A DNA stretch of 64,000 nt from Myxococcota bacterium (GCA_965223705.1 OZ245015.1:2272001-2336000); one strand, 5' to 3'; shown: positions 42,320 to 50,658, counted from the first letter of the stretch. The notes: a model not told the origin generated them from the sequence alone. Translations and numbers: made by a program.

Positions 42320-42931
42320 TTAGACGCCCCACCCCTTCAGAACTTCTTCGTGGCCGACGACCCAGCCGAAGCGGGTGCCGAAGGTCTCGAGCGCCCAGTG
42401 GTGGCGCTCGGGCGCGATCTCGCCGGTCGCGTCGGAGACGATGACGGTTCGGTAGTCGCGCTGGGACGCGTCGCGCGCCGTTGTCTCGACGCAGATGTTG
42501 GTCGTGACACCACAGATGACGAGGTTCCGAACGTCTTGTGCACTCAAGATCGACGCGAGAGGCGTGCCGTAGAACGCGCTGTAGCGATTCTTGTCGATCA
42601 CGAAGTCGTCGGGGCGTGGTGTGAGCTCGGGAATGAGTTCGATATCCGGAGTGCCCGCCGCACAGCACCGCGCTTCGACGAATGCGGGAATGATCTCGTC
42701 GGTCAACACGCCGCCGTCGAGGTAGTCGGCGCGCCACACGAGCCGCGTATAAATCACCGGAACGCCCGCCTTATGGGCACCCTCGACCAGCCGAACACAC
42801 GGGTCGATCGCAGCTCGACACATGGCGATGTCAAACCCCGCGCGCGCCGAGGACCCTTCGGGATCGCAGAATCCGTGCTGCATATCCACGACGATGAGCG
42901 CGCTGCGCTCGACTTGAATCGGTGCGTCCAT
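42320..42931 (-). CDS. isochorismatase-like cysteine hydrolase
   Basis: VDMQHGF, KNRYSAF and GVTTNICVETTARDA motifs. Confidence 0.9.
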   Translation of the reverse strand: MDAPIQVERSALIVVDMQHGFCDPEGSSARAGFDIAMCRAAIDPCVRLVEGAHKAGVPVIYTRLVWRADYLDGGVLTDEIIPAFVEARCCAAGTPDIELIPELTPRPDDFVIDKNRYSAFYGTPLASILSAQDVRNLVICGVTTNICVETTARDASQRDYRTVIVSDATGEIAPERHHWALETFGTRFGWVVGHEEVLKGWGV

Positions 42932-44454
42932 CAGCTGTCCCTCGAGAGTTCGGCGACGGCCTGCTCACGCAGCACGCGCCGCAACATTTTTCCGGTCGGG
43001 TTGCGCGGCAACTGCGGCACAAAGAGGAAGTTCTTGGGAACTTTGAAGGGAGCGAGGCCGTCGCGACAGTGCCGATCGAGAGCTTCCGAGTCGAGCGTGC
43101 CCTCGCTGACGATGCACGCCACGACGCGCTCACCCCAGCGCTCGTCGGGAATACCGACGACGGCGCTCTCGATGACGCCGGGGAACTCCGAGATTCTCGC
43201 CTCGATCTCCGCGGGGATGATGTTCACGCCCCCCGAAAGGATCATGTCTTTGCTTCGACCCACGATATAGAGGTAGCCCTCGTCGTCGATGCGCCCGAGG
43301 TCTCCGGCCGTGAGCCACTCGCCGCGGCGGATCGCGGCAGTCGCTTCGTCCTGCTTCCAATAGCCGTTGAAGTGATAGGGCGACCGCGTGTAGAGCTCGC
43401 CGGTTTCGCCGTCTGGAAGACGCTTGCCCGCCTCGTCGAAGATGCCGATCTCCGTCCATGGGAACGGCAAGCCGACGCAATCGGTTTTCCGCAGCTGATC
43501 GGGCGGCCGAAGATTCGAGACGATCCCTCCCTCGGTCGAACCGTACGCCTCAAAGAGTCGCCCTGGGCCCCACTGTGCGACGATGCGTTCCTTGTCGCGT
43601 TGCGGGAGGGGCGCTGCGTTGGAAATGATCACGCGAAGATCACTCAGCGGATAGCGATCGAGGGTCGCTTTCGGCAGAGCGAACAGAGCACTGACGTGAG
43701 TGGGTACCACGAACACGTTGCTCGCACGCGTTGACTCGAGGGTTTGCAGAAGGCCTTCGGGCTCGAATTTGGGCGTGATCGTGACGGTGCCGCCGAACAG
43801 CAGTGGCGCCACGCCATAAGCGAAGCCGCCTCCGTGATAGAGCGGTGCCGTCGCCACCGTGTGGTCGGATGGCCCGAAACAGCCGTACTCCCCCGCCATC
43901 GCCATAAACGTGAGGGTCCGCGAGCGGTGCGAGAGCATCACGCCCTTCGGTTTTCCGGTGGTGCCCGACGTGTAGGAGATCGCGAAGGTGCTTTCTTCCG
44001 AAACGTCGGGCAGCGCGGCTGTCGCGCTCGCCTTCTCGCGCCATGCGTCGTAGGTCGACCCGATCACGAAGACACGCTCGGGATCGATCCCGCCCGCCTC
44101 GCGCGCGGTCTCCTCGCAGGTAGGGTGGACAAAGAGCGCGTGTGAATCGCTGTCTTCGAGGATGGCACGCAACTCGGGCGACGTGAGATGCGGATTGGCG
44201 GTCACCACCGCCAGGCCGGCGCCGGACAAACCCGCAACGAGCTCAACGTACTCGAGGCAATTCGGTGCGAGCAGCGTGACATGGCTACCGGGGCTGAGGC
44301 TTAGCGCGCCCGCTGCTGCGGCGACGCGCCGGATGCGTTCGCCGAGTTGCCCGTAGCGGAGCGACTCACCCTCACAAACAATCGCCAGGTGTTCCGGGTC
44401 TCGACCGGCCGCGCGCAACAGCCCGTTCGGCAGTGTGAGACCGGCTGCATTCAC
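42931..44454 (-). CDS. acyl-CoA synthetase (AMP-binding enzyme)
   Basis: YTSGTTGKPKG, YGSTE, GDLG, GRSKDMI and PRNPTGK motifs; GTGA overlap with the upstream gene. Confidence 0.92.
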   Translation of the reverse strand: MNAAGLTLPNGLLRAAGRDPEHLAIVCEGESLRYGQLGERIRRVAAAAGALSLSPGSHVTLLAPNCLEYVELVAGLSGAGLAVVTANPHLTSPELRAILEDSDSHALFVHPTCEETAREAGGIDPERVFVIGSTYDAWREKASATAALPDVSEESTFAISYTSGTTGKPKGVMLSHRSRTLTFMAMAGEYGCFGPSDHTVATAPLYHGGGFAYGVAPLLFGGTVTITPKFEPEGLLQTLESTRASNVFVVPTHVSALFALPKATLDRYPLSDLRVIISNAAPLPQRDKERIVAQWGPGRLFEAYGSTEGGIVSNLRPPDQLRKTDCVGLPFPWTEIGIFDEAGKRLPDGETGELYTRSPYHFNGYWKQDEATAAIRRGEWLTAGDLGRIDDEGYLYIVGRSKDMILSGGVNIIPAEIEARISEFPGVIESAVVGIPDERWGERVVACIVSEGTLDSEALDRHCRDGLAPFKVPKNFLFVPQLPRNPTGKMLRRVLREQAVAELSRDS

Positions 44455-45104
44455 CGAATGCCCCGGGTGTTGTCGCCGGGCGGGTCGTTCGGGCCTTCCC
44501 GCCAACCGAAGGCGAGCTCGCGCCAGAGGTCGCGGTAGTCGTAGTCGGTGTTGAGCGCGAGGTTCAGGCGGTTGTAGGACGCGAAGTCGCTGACGACGTG
44601 GGTCAGCTGAACGATCCCTCGATCTCCGAGACCGATTCCACGGAGTGCCTCGACCTCTGCGTCGGTCACGGACGCCGGGTCCTCATTCACGTGCAGTGCG
44701 TAGCCAAGGATTGCCTTGAGCCGCGGGTCGTCGACGGCATCGCTTCCCTTGGAAACGAAATCTCGCACCGTCGTCTCCGGTGTGCCCATGCCGTAGCTGA
44801 GAATCGTGCAGAATGCGGCTGTGCAATACGGGCAGCCGTTCGCTTGGGAGACGGCGATTCCCACGTGCTGGATCTCCGCGAGTGTGAGCTCACCCGCGGA
44901 CCAGAGGACGCGTGTGGCGCCGAGCTTGGCCTTGAGGAACTCCGGGAAGTTCAACTCCACCCGGAAGTGGTTGGGCACCGCGCCCTCCATCTCCGTAACC
45001 CACTCGAAGATGGCGCGGATCTCGGGATCGTCGGTGTCTGCGTCGGGCAGTGCCACGCGCGCTTTTCGGTCCTGCTGATCGGCTGCCAACGGGTGTTCCT
45101 CCAA
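44451..45104 (-). CDS. AhpD/CMD-like peroxidase-related protein
   Basis: VSQANGCPYC motif, GAVPN and NRLN. Confidence 0.78.
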   Translation of the reverse strand: MEEHPLAADQQDRKARVALPDADTDDPEIRAIFEWVTEMEGAVPNHFRVELNFPEFLKAKLGATRVLWSAGELTLAEIQHVGIAVSQANGCPYCTAAFCTILSYGMGTPETTVRDFVSKGSDAVDDPRLKAILGYALHVNEDPASVTDAEVEALRGIGLGDRGIVQLTHVVSDFASYNRLNLALNTDYDYRDLWRELAFGWREGPNDPPGDNTRGIR

Positions 45105-45107
45105 AGA

Positions 45108-45953
45108 CTAGTCGCGCGCAGCGACCCACTCGAGCATTTCCTGGAACTTCGCGGCGCCGTCCGCCAGCGTGGCCTTCAAATCGGTCAGCTCTTGGTAGAA
45201 CGTCGCGTCGGACGCTTCTTCCAAGGCAAGGCCCTCGGCGTACGTTCCCAAGGCGCCGCCGTCGATCAAGCTTTTGTACCGCTTCACCATCATCGGGTGG
45301 TTGCGCGACATCATGCGCGCGATCTCGACGCTCTCGCGATCGAGGGTTTCGTTGTCTGGGAATACCTGCTGTACGAGTCCCCATGTGAGCGCTAGGTCCG
45401 CTTCGATCGGAAAAGAACTCATGGTGGCGAATTTCGCATTGTTGACGCCGCAGAGATGAATCAAGCGCTGGGACAACCGGCGGCCCGGATGAACGCCGTA
45501 CTTCGCATGGTTGTCCATGAAGACGGCGCGTTCCGAAGCGAGCAAGACGTCGCAGGCCGTCGCGAGCTCGAACCCGCCGGTTACCGCGGGCCCGCCCACT
45601 GCGCCAATCACGGGGAACGGGCATTCCCAGATGGCTCGCCACGGGTCGTTCTTTCCCGACACACCGCCGGCAAAGTATTCGTCGAGGTTGCCGACGTCGA
45701 GGCCGACGGCGAAGCCACGGCCTTCGCCGCGTAATACGATGGCGCGTACTTCGTCGTTGTTCGGGTCGGGGTCGAGCCGATCGCTCAGCGCGTTGAAGGC
45801 CTGCGCCGTGGCCTGCATCAAGGCGACGCTCATCGTGTTGAAGGTGTCGGGGTTGTTCAGCGTGACGACGTAGATGCCTTCATCGCCATCGATCCGGTCC
45901 ACGAGCACGTCGTCATTCGGGCCGTAAACCGCCACCCGAGTTCGGTCCGCCAT
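45108..45953 (-). CDS. enoyl-CoA hydratase/isomerase family protein
   Basis: FAVGLD, PVIGAVGGPAVTGGFELA and CD motifs; GGAGG RBS before ATG 45953. Confidence 0.88.
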   Translation of the reverse strand: MADRTRVAVYGPNDDVLVDRIDGDEGIYVVTLNNPDTFNTMSVALMQATAQAFNALSDRLDPDPNNDEVRAIVLRGEGRGFAVGLDVGNLDEYFAGGVSGKNDPWRAIWECPFPVIGAVGGPAVTGGFELATACDVLLASERAVFMDNHAKYGVHPGRRLSQRLIHLCGVNNAKFATMSSFPIEADLALTWGLVQQVFPDNETLDRESVEIARMMSRNHPMMVKRYKSLIDGGALGTYAEGLALEEASDATFYQELTDLKATLADGAAKFQEMLEWVAARD

Positions 45954-46014
45954 GAGGGGCACCTCCGTTCACTCGAAGCGAAGCTTAGCGTCGCTCGGGC
46001 CCCTAAAAACGCAA

Positions 46015-46045
46015 ACAGCCGGAGCTGGGAACCAGCTCCGGCTGT
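46015..46045 (-). terminator. intrinsic terminator closing the collagen cassette
   Basis: 14-bp perfect stem ACAGCCGGAGCTGG/CCAGCTCCGGCTGT followed on the minus strand by TTGCGTTTTT. Confidence 0.7.
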
Positions 46046-46087
46046 CGATGTCGAAGGTCGCGCCGAGGGGCGCGATGAACTGTGGCG

Positions 46088-46624
46088 TTAGTCCGGGATT
46101 GCGTAAGCGCACACGCCCTTGTTGATCATCCGTACGACTGCGTTTTGGTGGTCGGGGTTGCTCGTGAAGTCGTTGTCCTGGAACTTCACCAGCACCTCGG
46201 GCATACCGCCCTGGAAGCCCGAGCGGATGATCAGACTCGAGGTTTCGTCGCAGAGCCAATTCGGCTCGGTGGAGTTGTTGAGACCCTTGAACCCCATGGT
46301 CGCAGTGCAGATGTGATTCTGCTTGATCGAGCTAAACGACTGATAGCTGAGAACTTTTTGACCGTACGGCGGGACGACAAACGAATCGTAGGCCACCGGG
46401 GTTTCCGTCTCGGTATTGATAATCGTCAGATTCGTTTGGACCGCGTAGTAGCCGGGATTGGTCACGATGCACTGACCCGTGCCGATGTAGTCAAGCTGCA
46501 ACGGGTGCGTGGCTAGTATGGGAGTCTGGAAAAAATACTCGGCCGATGCCGGCATTCCGAACAGGAACGCCGCTGCGAACAAAGCCGCTAAAAATCGCTT
46601 GCGCATATCTTTCGTCCAATTCAT
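46088..46624 (-). CDS. secreted hypothetical protein with 4 mature-region Cys (paralogue A of 47892-48392)
   Basis: Sec-type signal ending PASA; AAAGGAGG RBS; clear alignment to 47892-48392; alternative start ATG 46606. Confidence 0.8.
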   Translation of the reverse strand: MNWTKDMRKRFLAALFAAAFLFGMPASAEYFFQTPILATHPLQLDYIGTGQCIVTNPGYYAVQTNLTIINTETETPVAYDSFVVPPYGQKVLSYQSFSSIKQNHICTATMGFKGLNNSTEPNWLCDETSSLIIRSGFQGGMPEVLVKFQDNDFTSNPDHQNAVVRMINKGVCAYAIPD

Positions 46625-46666
46625 TGGGTCCTCCTTTCACCCTCCGCACGTAGTTGTATCACACCG
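46625..46666 (-). repeat. copy 1 of a 42-nt upstream element (promoter/leader) shared with 48411-48452
   Basis: 37/42 identity by manual alignment; identical core CGTAGTTGTATCACACCG. Confidence 0.85.
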
Positions 46667-46788
46667 GCAAAAAGCCGTGTAAGAAACCGATGACGTTTTG
46701 TGATAATTCGCCCTGCCCCGAGGGGGCAGTCGCTCCTCCAGATGGGTCTGGCGTACTTCGTCCCCGTGGCGACCTCGCGCGACCGGGT

Positions 46789-47382
46789 TCACGATGGACT
46801 CGGACGGCGCCCGAGGATCCAGGAGACGCACGACTTCCGGACGCCCCGGGTTATCGGGGTCACCTGGTGGAAGAGGTGCGAGGGAAAGACGACGACACTG
46901 CCCTGCCTGCGCGCCGGAGAGAGCTCGTAGGGATTGCCTTCAGCATCGGAGATCATGAGCAGCCCGCCCTCGTACGATTCCGGGTCGGAGAGGGAGAGAG
47001 TGCTACTCACGACGCGGGTCAGCCCCTGCTCCGAACCCGGGTCGACCGTATCATGATCGTCGTCCGCTGAATCGCGGTGCCACCCATAGAACTCGCCTTC
47101 ACCGTAACAGCCGTACTGAACGCCTTGGGAAACCTCGACTTCGAGCTGCCAATATTCACGATTCGCCATGGCGGCGTAGTGAGTCATCAAGCCGTTCACC
47201 CAGTGCCAGACGTCCCAGAACGCCACACTCGCGTCGCGAAGCTCGGTGTCGACGGTGTACCCGCTCTCGCGTCCGACGGTGCCCCGGGCGGCCTCCATGG
47301 CATCGCCCTCTTCGACGATCACGTCGCAGACTTTCGCGGGAATGACGCCGTCGAAGATGTGGTAGAGCGGGAGTTGACGCAT
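46789..47382 (-). CDS. 2OG-Fe(II) oxygenase, prolyl 4-hydroxylase/PKHD-like
   Basis: YGWHRD (HxD), YEGG, VFPS..HQVTP (distal His), RKS.V.W (2OG-binding Arg); no signal peptide. Confidence 0.88.
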   Translation of the reverse strand: MRQLPLYHIFDGVIPAKVCDVIVEEGDAMEAARGTVGRESGYTVDTELRDASVAFWDVWHWVNGLMTHYAAMANREYWQLEVEVSQGVQYGCYGEGEFYGWHRDSADDDHDTVDPGSEQGLTRVVSSTLSLSDPESYEGGLLMISDAEGNPYELSPARRQGSVVVFPSHLFHQVTPITRGVRKSCVSWILGRRPSPS

Positions 47383-47438
47383 GAGGTTCCGTACCCCCCA
47401 AGTTTAGCCCCGGTCTTACCCCGGTCGTTTCGCAGGCC

Positions 47439-47493
47439 GCGAAACGAAAACCGCCGGGGCGCCTTGCAGCAGCCCCGGCGGTCTTCGTTTCGC
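47439..47493 (-). terminator. terminator/stabilising hairpin immediately after the collagen-like gene
   Basis: 22-bp inverted repeat with 1 mismatch; the minus-strand 3' arm ends TTTTCGTTTCGC. Confidence 0.75.
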
Positions 47494-47883
47494 CTATTCC
47501 GGGAACCCGGGTTCGCCGGGCGGGCCCGGAGGACCGGGCGGGCCGGGATCACCCGGGTCTCCCTTCGGACCCGGCGGACCAGCCGGGCCGGGGATCCCGG
47601 GATTTCCCGGGTCTCCCTTCGGCCCGGGGTCGCCCGGTAGTCCCGGCTTGCCGGGAAGGCCCGGCTTACCCGGCTGACCGGCCGGCACCTGGGGCCACCA
47701 CGCGTTGCCCGCGCGGGCCGGTTTGGAGGAAAGCGCAATCGCTGCGGAAACGATCGGCGTCACCCACATCGATCCGATCACGCCGGTGGCGAGAATCCCC
47801 GACACCTTGCGGCGCGTCATGCGCTGTTCGCCGGTCGCGTCTTCCTGCTTCAACTCGTCGACTCGGTGGTCTTTGTCACGCAT
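47494..47883 (-). CDS. small collagen-like protein with twin-arginine-type leader
   Basis: TRRKV + hydrophobic stretch + PARA cleavage-like site, then 20 uninterrupted Gly-X-Y triplets to the C-terminus. Confidence 0.85.
   Translation of the reverse strand: MRDKDHRVDELKQEDATGEQRMTRRKVSGILATGVIGSMWVTPIVSAAIALSSKPARAGNAWWPQVPAGQPGKPGLPGKPGLPGDPGPKGDPGNPGIPGPAGPPGPKGDPGDPGPPGPPGPPGEPGFPE
47500..47679 (-). repeat. (Gly-X-Y)20 collagen-coding repeat
   Basis: [60 protein letters not shown]; synonymous codons vary, so selection acts at the protein level. Confidence 0.93.
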
Positions 47884-47891
47884 AGACCGAC

Positions 47892-48392
47892 CTACGCGTC
47901 ACATCGCGGGAAGATGCCCTGGTTGATCAAGTTCCCGAGACCGTCGGTACGGATCGGGTCATTCGTGTAGAGATTGTTCCAGAACTGCAGCCGAATTGGA
48001 GCGAGTGCCGAGGGCACCATGGGCACTTCGTAGGGCCCCGGGACGCAGTCGCCATTCGTCTCCGTGTTGTTCGTCTGCGGCGAGGCCACGCAGAAGTGAT
48101 TCACGAGCTGCGCGGTCAGTGCCTGGTAGGAGAGAACCGCTTGGCCATGGCCCGGGACGAGCACGTCGTCGCTGGCGACGACGGTGTTGGTGACCGCATT
48201 GATGATCGCCAAGTGGGTGGCAACCGGGCTTATGCCGCCGTTGTTCGCGATGCACTGTGAGATGCCGATGTAGTTCAAGGGGAGCACACCGGTAACCAGT
48301 GCAGGCGTCTCGTAGACGGTGTTCGTGGCCGCCGCCGACATTCCCATCAAGAGGAGCGCCGCACACGCGACGCCTGAGATTCGTTTGAGCAT
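47892..48392 (-). CDS. secreted hypothetical protein with 4 mature-region Cys (paralogue B of 46088-46624)
   Basis: Sec-type signal ending SAAA; shares TP.L.T, YIG..QCI..N, IIN, VP..GQ.VLSYQ, NH.C, N.TE.N..C and IN.G with paralogue A. Confidence 0.8.
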   Translation of the reverse strand: MLKRISGVACAALLLMGMSAAATNTVYETPALVTGVLPLNYIGISQCIANNGGISPVATHLAIINAVTNTVVASDDVLVPGHGQAVLSYQALTAQLVNHFCVASPQTNNTETNGDCVPGPYEVPMVPSALAPIRLQFWNNLYTNDPIRTDGLGNLINQGIFPRCDA

Positions 48393-48410
48393 CCTTTGTT
48401 CCGATCCTGC

Positions 48411-48452
48411 TGGGTCCTCCCCTCACCCTCCCGGCGTAGTTGTATCACACCG
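48411..48452 (-). repeat. copy 2 of the 42-nt upstream element
   Basis: TGGGTCCTCCCCTCACCCTCCCGGCGTAGTTGTATCACACCG versus the copy at 46625-46666. Confidence 0.85.
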
Positions 48453-48521
48453 CCTAAAGGCAGTGGGAGAAAGCCGTGTCATCTCAGCGGCGTTTTTGAG
48501 CGCCCCCCTAGGGGGGCAACC

Positions 48522-49319
48522 CTACGCGTCGAGTTCCTTCAGGAACGAACGCAGGTCGTTGTTGAAATCCGCCGGGCGCTCGAGCTGATAGAAATGCCCG
48601 ACATCTTCGACCACCTTGATCCTGGCGCCCGGAATGTTGTCGGCGAGGAACTGGTTGGCTTCGAGGGGCGTCGCCTGATCTTCAGCGCCCGCGATCACGA
48701 GGGTCGGCTTCGTGATCTCGCCGAGACGATCGCTGATGTTCCAGTTGAAGACGCCGCTCGGGTCTCCCGCCGATCCGCCGAAGGTGGCTTCGGTGAAGTT
48801 GTCGTCGACCATGAAGTAGCCGACCAACAAGTCCATCAGCTCGGGCTTCTGCTGCTTGCTCTTGGCGGAGAGCGCTCCTTCGAGCAGGCCCGCGAAAGCG
48901 CCGCGCCAGTCCTGCGCGAAGGCTTCTCCGGCTTCCGGCGGCATCCCCGCCGCGAGGTTCGTGCCACTGCTCAGAATGAGCGTGCCGCGGACGCGCTCAG
49001 GCGCGTCGAGATTGACCTGCATGGCGATCATGCCACCGATCGAGTTGCCGACGAGGACGGCTTGATCGATGCCCGCATCGTCGAGCACGGCGACGACGTC
49101 GGCCGCTTGCTCCTCGATCGCGAAACCCGCGGCGGGCTTGTCCGAGCGCCCGTGGCCGCGGTGGTCAATGATGATGCACTGATGTTGTTGCGCGAATGCG
49201 AAGGTCTGGAAGTGCCAGATGTTGGCGTTCGTCGAAAACGGGTGAAGGAACACGATGGGTGAGCCTTGACCGTAGGACTCGTAGTAAACCTGGACGTCGT
49301 TTCGCTTTACGTAGGGCAT
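48522..49319 (-). CDS. alpha/beta hydrolase (enol-lactone hydrolase-like)
   Basis: DHRGHGRS, GNSIGG, PTLVIAGAED and GH motifs. Confidence 0.88.
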   Translation of the reverse strand: MPYVKRNDVQVYYESYGQGSPIVFLHPFSTNANIWHFQTFAFAQQHQCIIIDHRGHGRSDKPAAGFAIEEQAADVVAVLDDAGIDQAVLVGNSIGGMIAMQVNLDAPERVRGTLILSSGTNLAAGMPPEAGEAFAQDWRGAFAGLLEGALSAKSKQQKPELMDLLVGYFMVDDNFTEATFGGSAGDPSGVFNWNISDRLGEITKPTLVIAGAEDQATPLEANQFLADNIPGARIKVVEDVGHFYQLERPADFNNDLRSFLKELDA

Positions 49320-49393
49320 GGAAGTCTCCTCAGTGGGTTGACGGGTAGGCGGAAGGGTATCAGGTCCGAGCTCTCGGGCGGAGGTGTCTTCTC

Positions 49394-50281
49394 CTAGAAG
49401 GACGTTCCGTACTTCCCGGAGTCTCGCAGGTCCCAGTAGCGGCGATCCAGTTCTTCGGTGATCGGTCCCGGAACGCGCCCGTGGAGGGGCCGTCCCGAGA
49501 TTTCCCGCACCGCCAAGGCGCCGCCGGCGGTGCTGGTCGTGAAGATCTCCTCCGCACTGAAGGCGTCGAAGGGCGACAGATCACAGGCTTCCACCTCGAT
49601 CCCGGCTTCCCGGGCGAGTTCGAGAAACGTCGCCCGCGTGATGCCTTCGAGGATCCCCTTCTTCGGCGTGCGCAGTCGCCCCTGATGGACGAGGAAAATG
49701 TTCGACGCCGGTCCTTCGGCGAGATAGCCGTCCGTCGAGAGCCAGACGACATCGTCGTAACCGGCGTCGAGCGCTTCGATTTTCGCGAGCTGAAACGACA
49801 ATCGGTCGAGGCACTTGTAGCGAGGATCCAGGGTGTCCGGCCGGAAGCCACGACCGGATGCGACATGCAAGCGGATGCCCTGGGCACGCTTCTCTTCGTC
49901 CGCCAGAAACACATAGGGCGCCGCCCACACGATGACGGTCGGGTCGACGACCCGAGGGTCCGCGACGACTTCGCGCGATACGCCGCGTGTCACGATGACG
50001 CGTACGCTGGCGTCTCGAAGCTCGTTCCGGTGCAGCGTTTCGATAATGACGTCCTGCCACTCAGCGCGGCGGAGAGGCTGGCCGAGCCGGGTGGCCTGCA
50101 GCGACTGTTCCAGGCGGTCGAGGTGGGCATCCAGCCGAAAGAGCGAGCCTTTCCAGGCGGAAACGACATCGAATACGCCGTCTCCGAGGAGGAAACCCTG
50201 ATCGAGCACCGAAATATGAGCCTCCGACAGCGGCCGGTAGGCTCCGTTGATGTAGAGGATCGGCTCCTCGTTCATCGTCAT
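49394..50281 (-). CDS. class IV aminotransferase (branched-chain/D-amino acid aminotransferase fold)
   Basis: DQGFLLGDGVFD, HLDRL, EGPASN, LEGITR and TSTAGG motifs. Confidence 0.9.
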   Translation of the reverse strand: MTMNEEPILYINGAYRPLSEAHISVLDQGFLLGDGVFDVVSAWKGSLFRLDAHLDRLEQSLQATRLGQPLRRAEWQDVIIETLHRNELRDASVRVIVTRGVSREVVADPRVVDPTVIVWAAPYVFLADEEKRAQGIRLHVASGRGFRPDTLDPRYKCLDRLSFQLAKIEALDAGYDDVVWLSTDGYLAEGPASNIFLVHQGRLRTPKKGILEGITRATFLELAREAGIEVEACDLSPFDAFSAEEIFTTSTAGGALAVREISGRPLHGRVPGPITEELDRRYWDLRDSGKYGTSF

Positions 50282-50607
50282 CCTCCGCTCGACGGCGCTT
50301 TGTAGTCGATCGATTGCGCCACCTTCATGGCGGCGACCGCCTCATCCATCGAGTACAGCGGCGTCACGAACGTGTTTCCAACATCGCCGGCGACATCCGC
50401 CATGGCGACGGCCATGGCGTGCACATCGCTTTCGAGCTCGACGATGATGACGGCGTCCCACTCGCCAAACGTGAAGTAGAAATCGACCAGCCGTCCGCCG
50501 AGTTTCTCCATGATGACACTCGCCTGGGGGATGCGGTCCTGTGGGTTCGAAACGAGGCCCCGCGTGCTCGCGACGTTGTATTTGATTTGGATCATGAAGC
50601 GACGCAT
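50278..50607 (-). CDS. GYD domain protein
   Basis: LGGRL..FYFTFGEWD pattern. Confidence 0.8.
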   Translation of the reverse strand: MRRFMIQIKYNVASTRGLVSNPQDRIPQASVIMEKLGGRLVDFYFTFGEWDAVIIVELESDVHAMAVAMADVAGDVGNTFVTPLYSMDEAVAAMKVAQSIDYKAPSSGG

Positions 50608-50658
50608 CGGGCCTCCCTGGGTCCCGTCTAAAGTATCATGACGGAACGCGGAGGAAGC

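Noticed and set aside
47500..47679. Possible CRISPR array or VNTR
   Set aside because: 9-nt periodicity with synonymous variation and no spacers or cas genes; it is a protein-level collagen repeat
47319..47738. Arg-rich repetitive alternative-frame ORF over the collagen repeat
   Set aside because: A by-product of the Gly-X-Pro codon periodicity; the collagen frame has a leader, a stop and a terminator
46625..48452. Direct repeats read as att sites or target-site duplication of a mobile element
   Set aside because: No integrase, transposase or tRNA nearby; each copy sits at the same distance from a paralogous gene, which fits a duplicated promoter-gene unit
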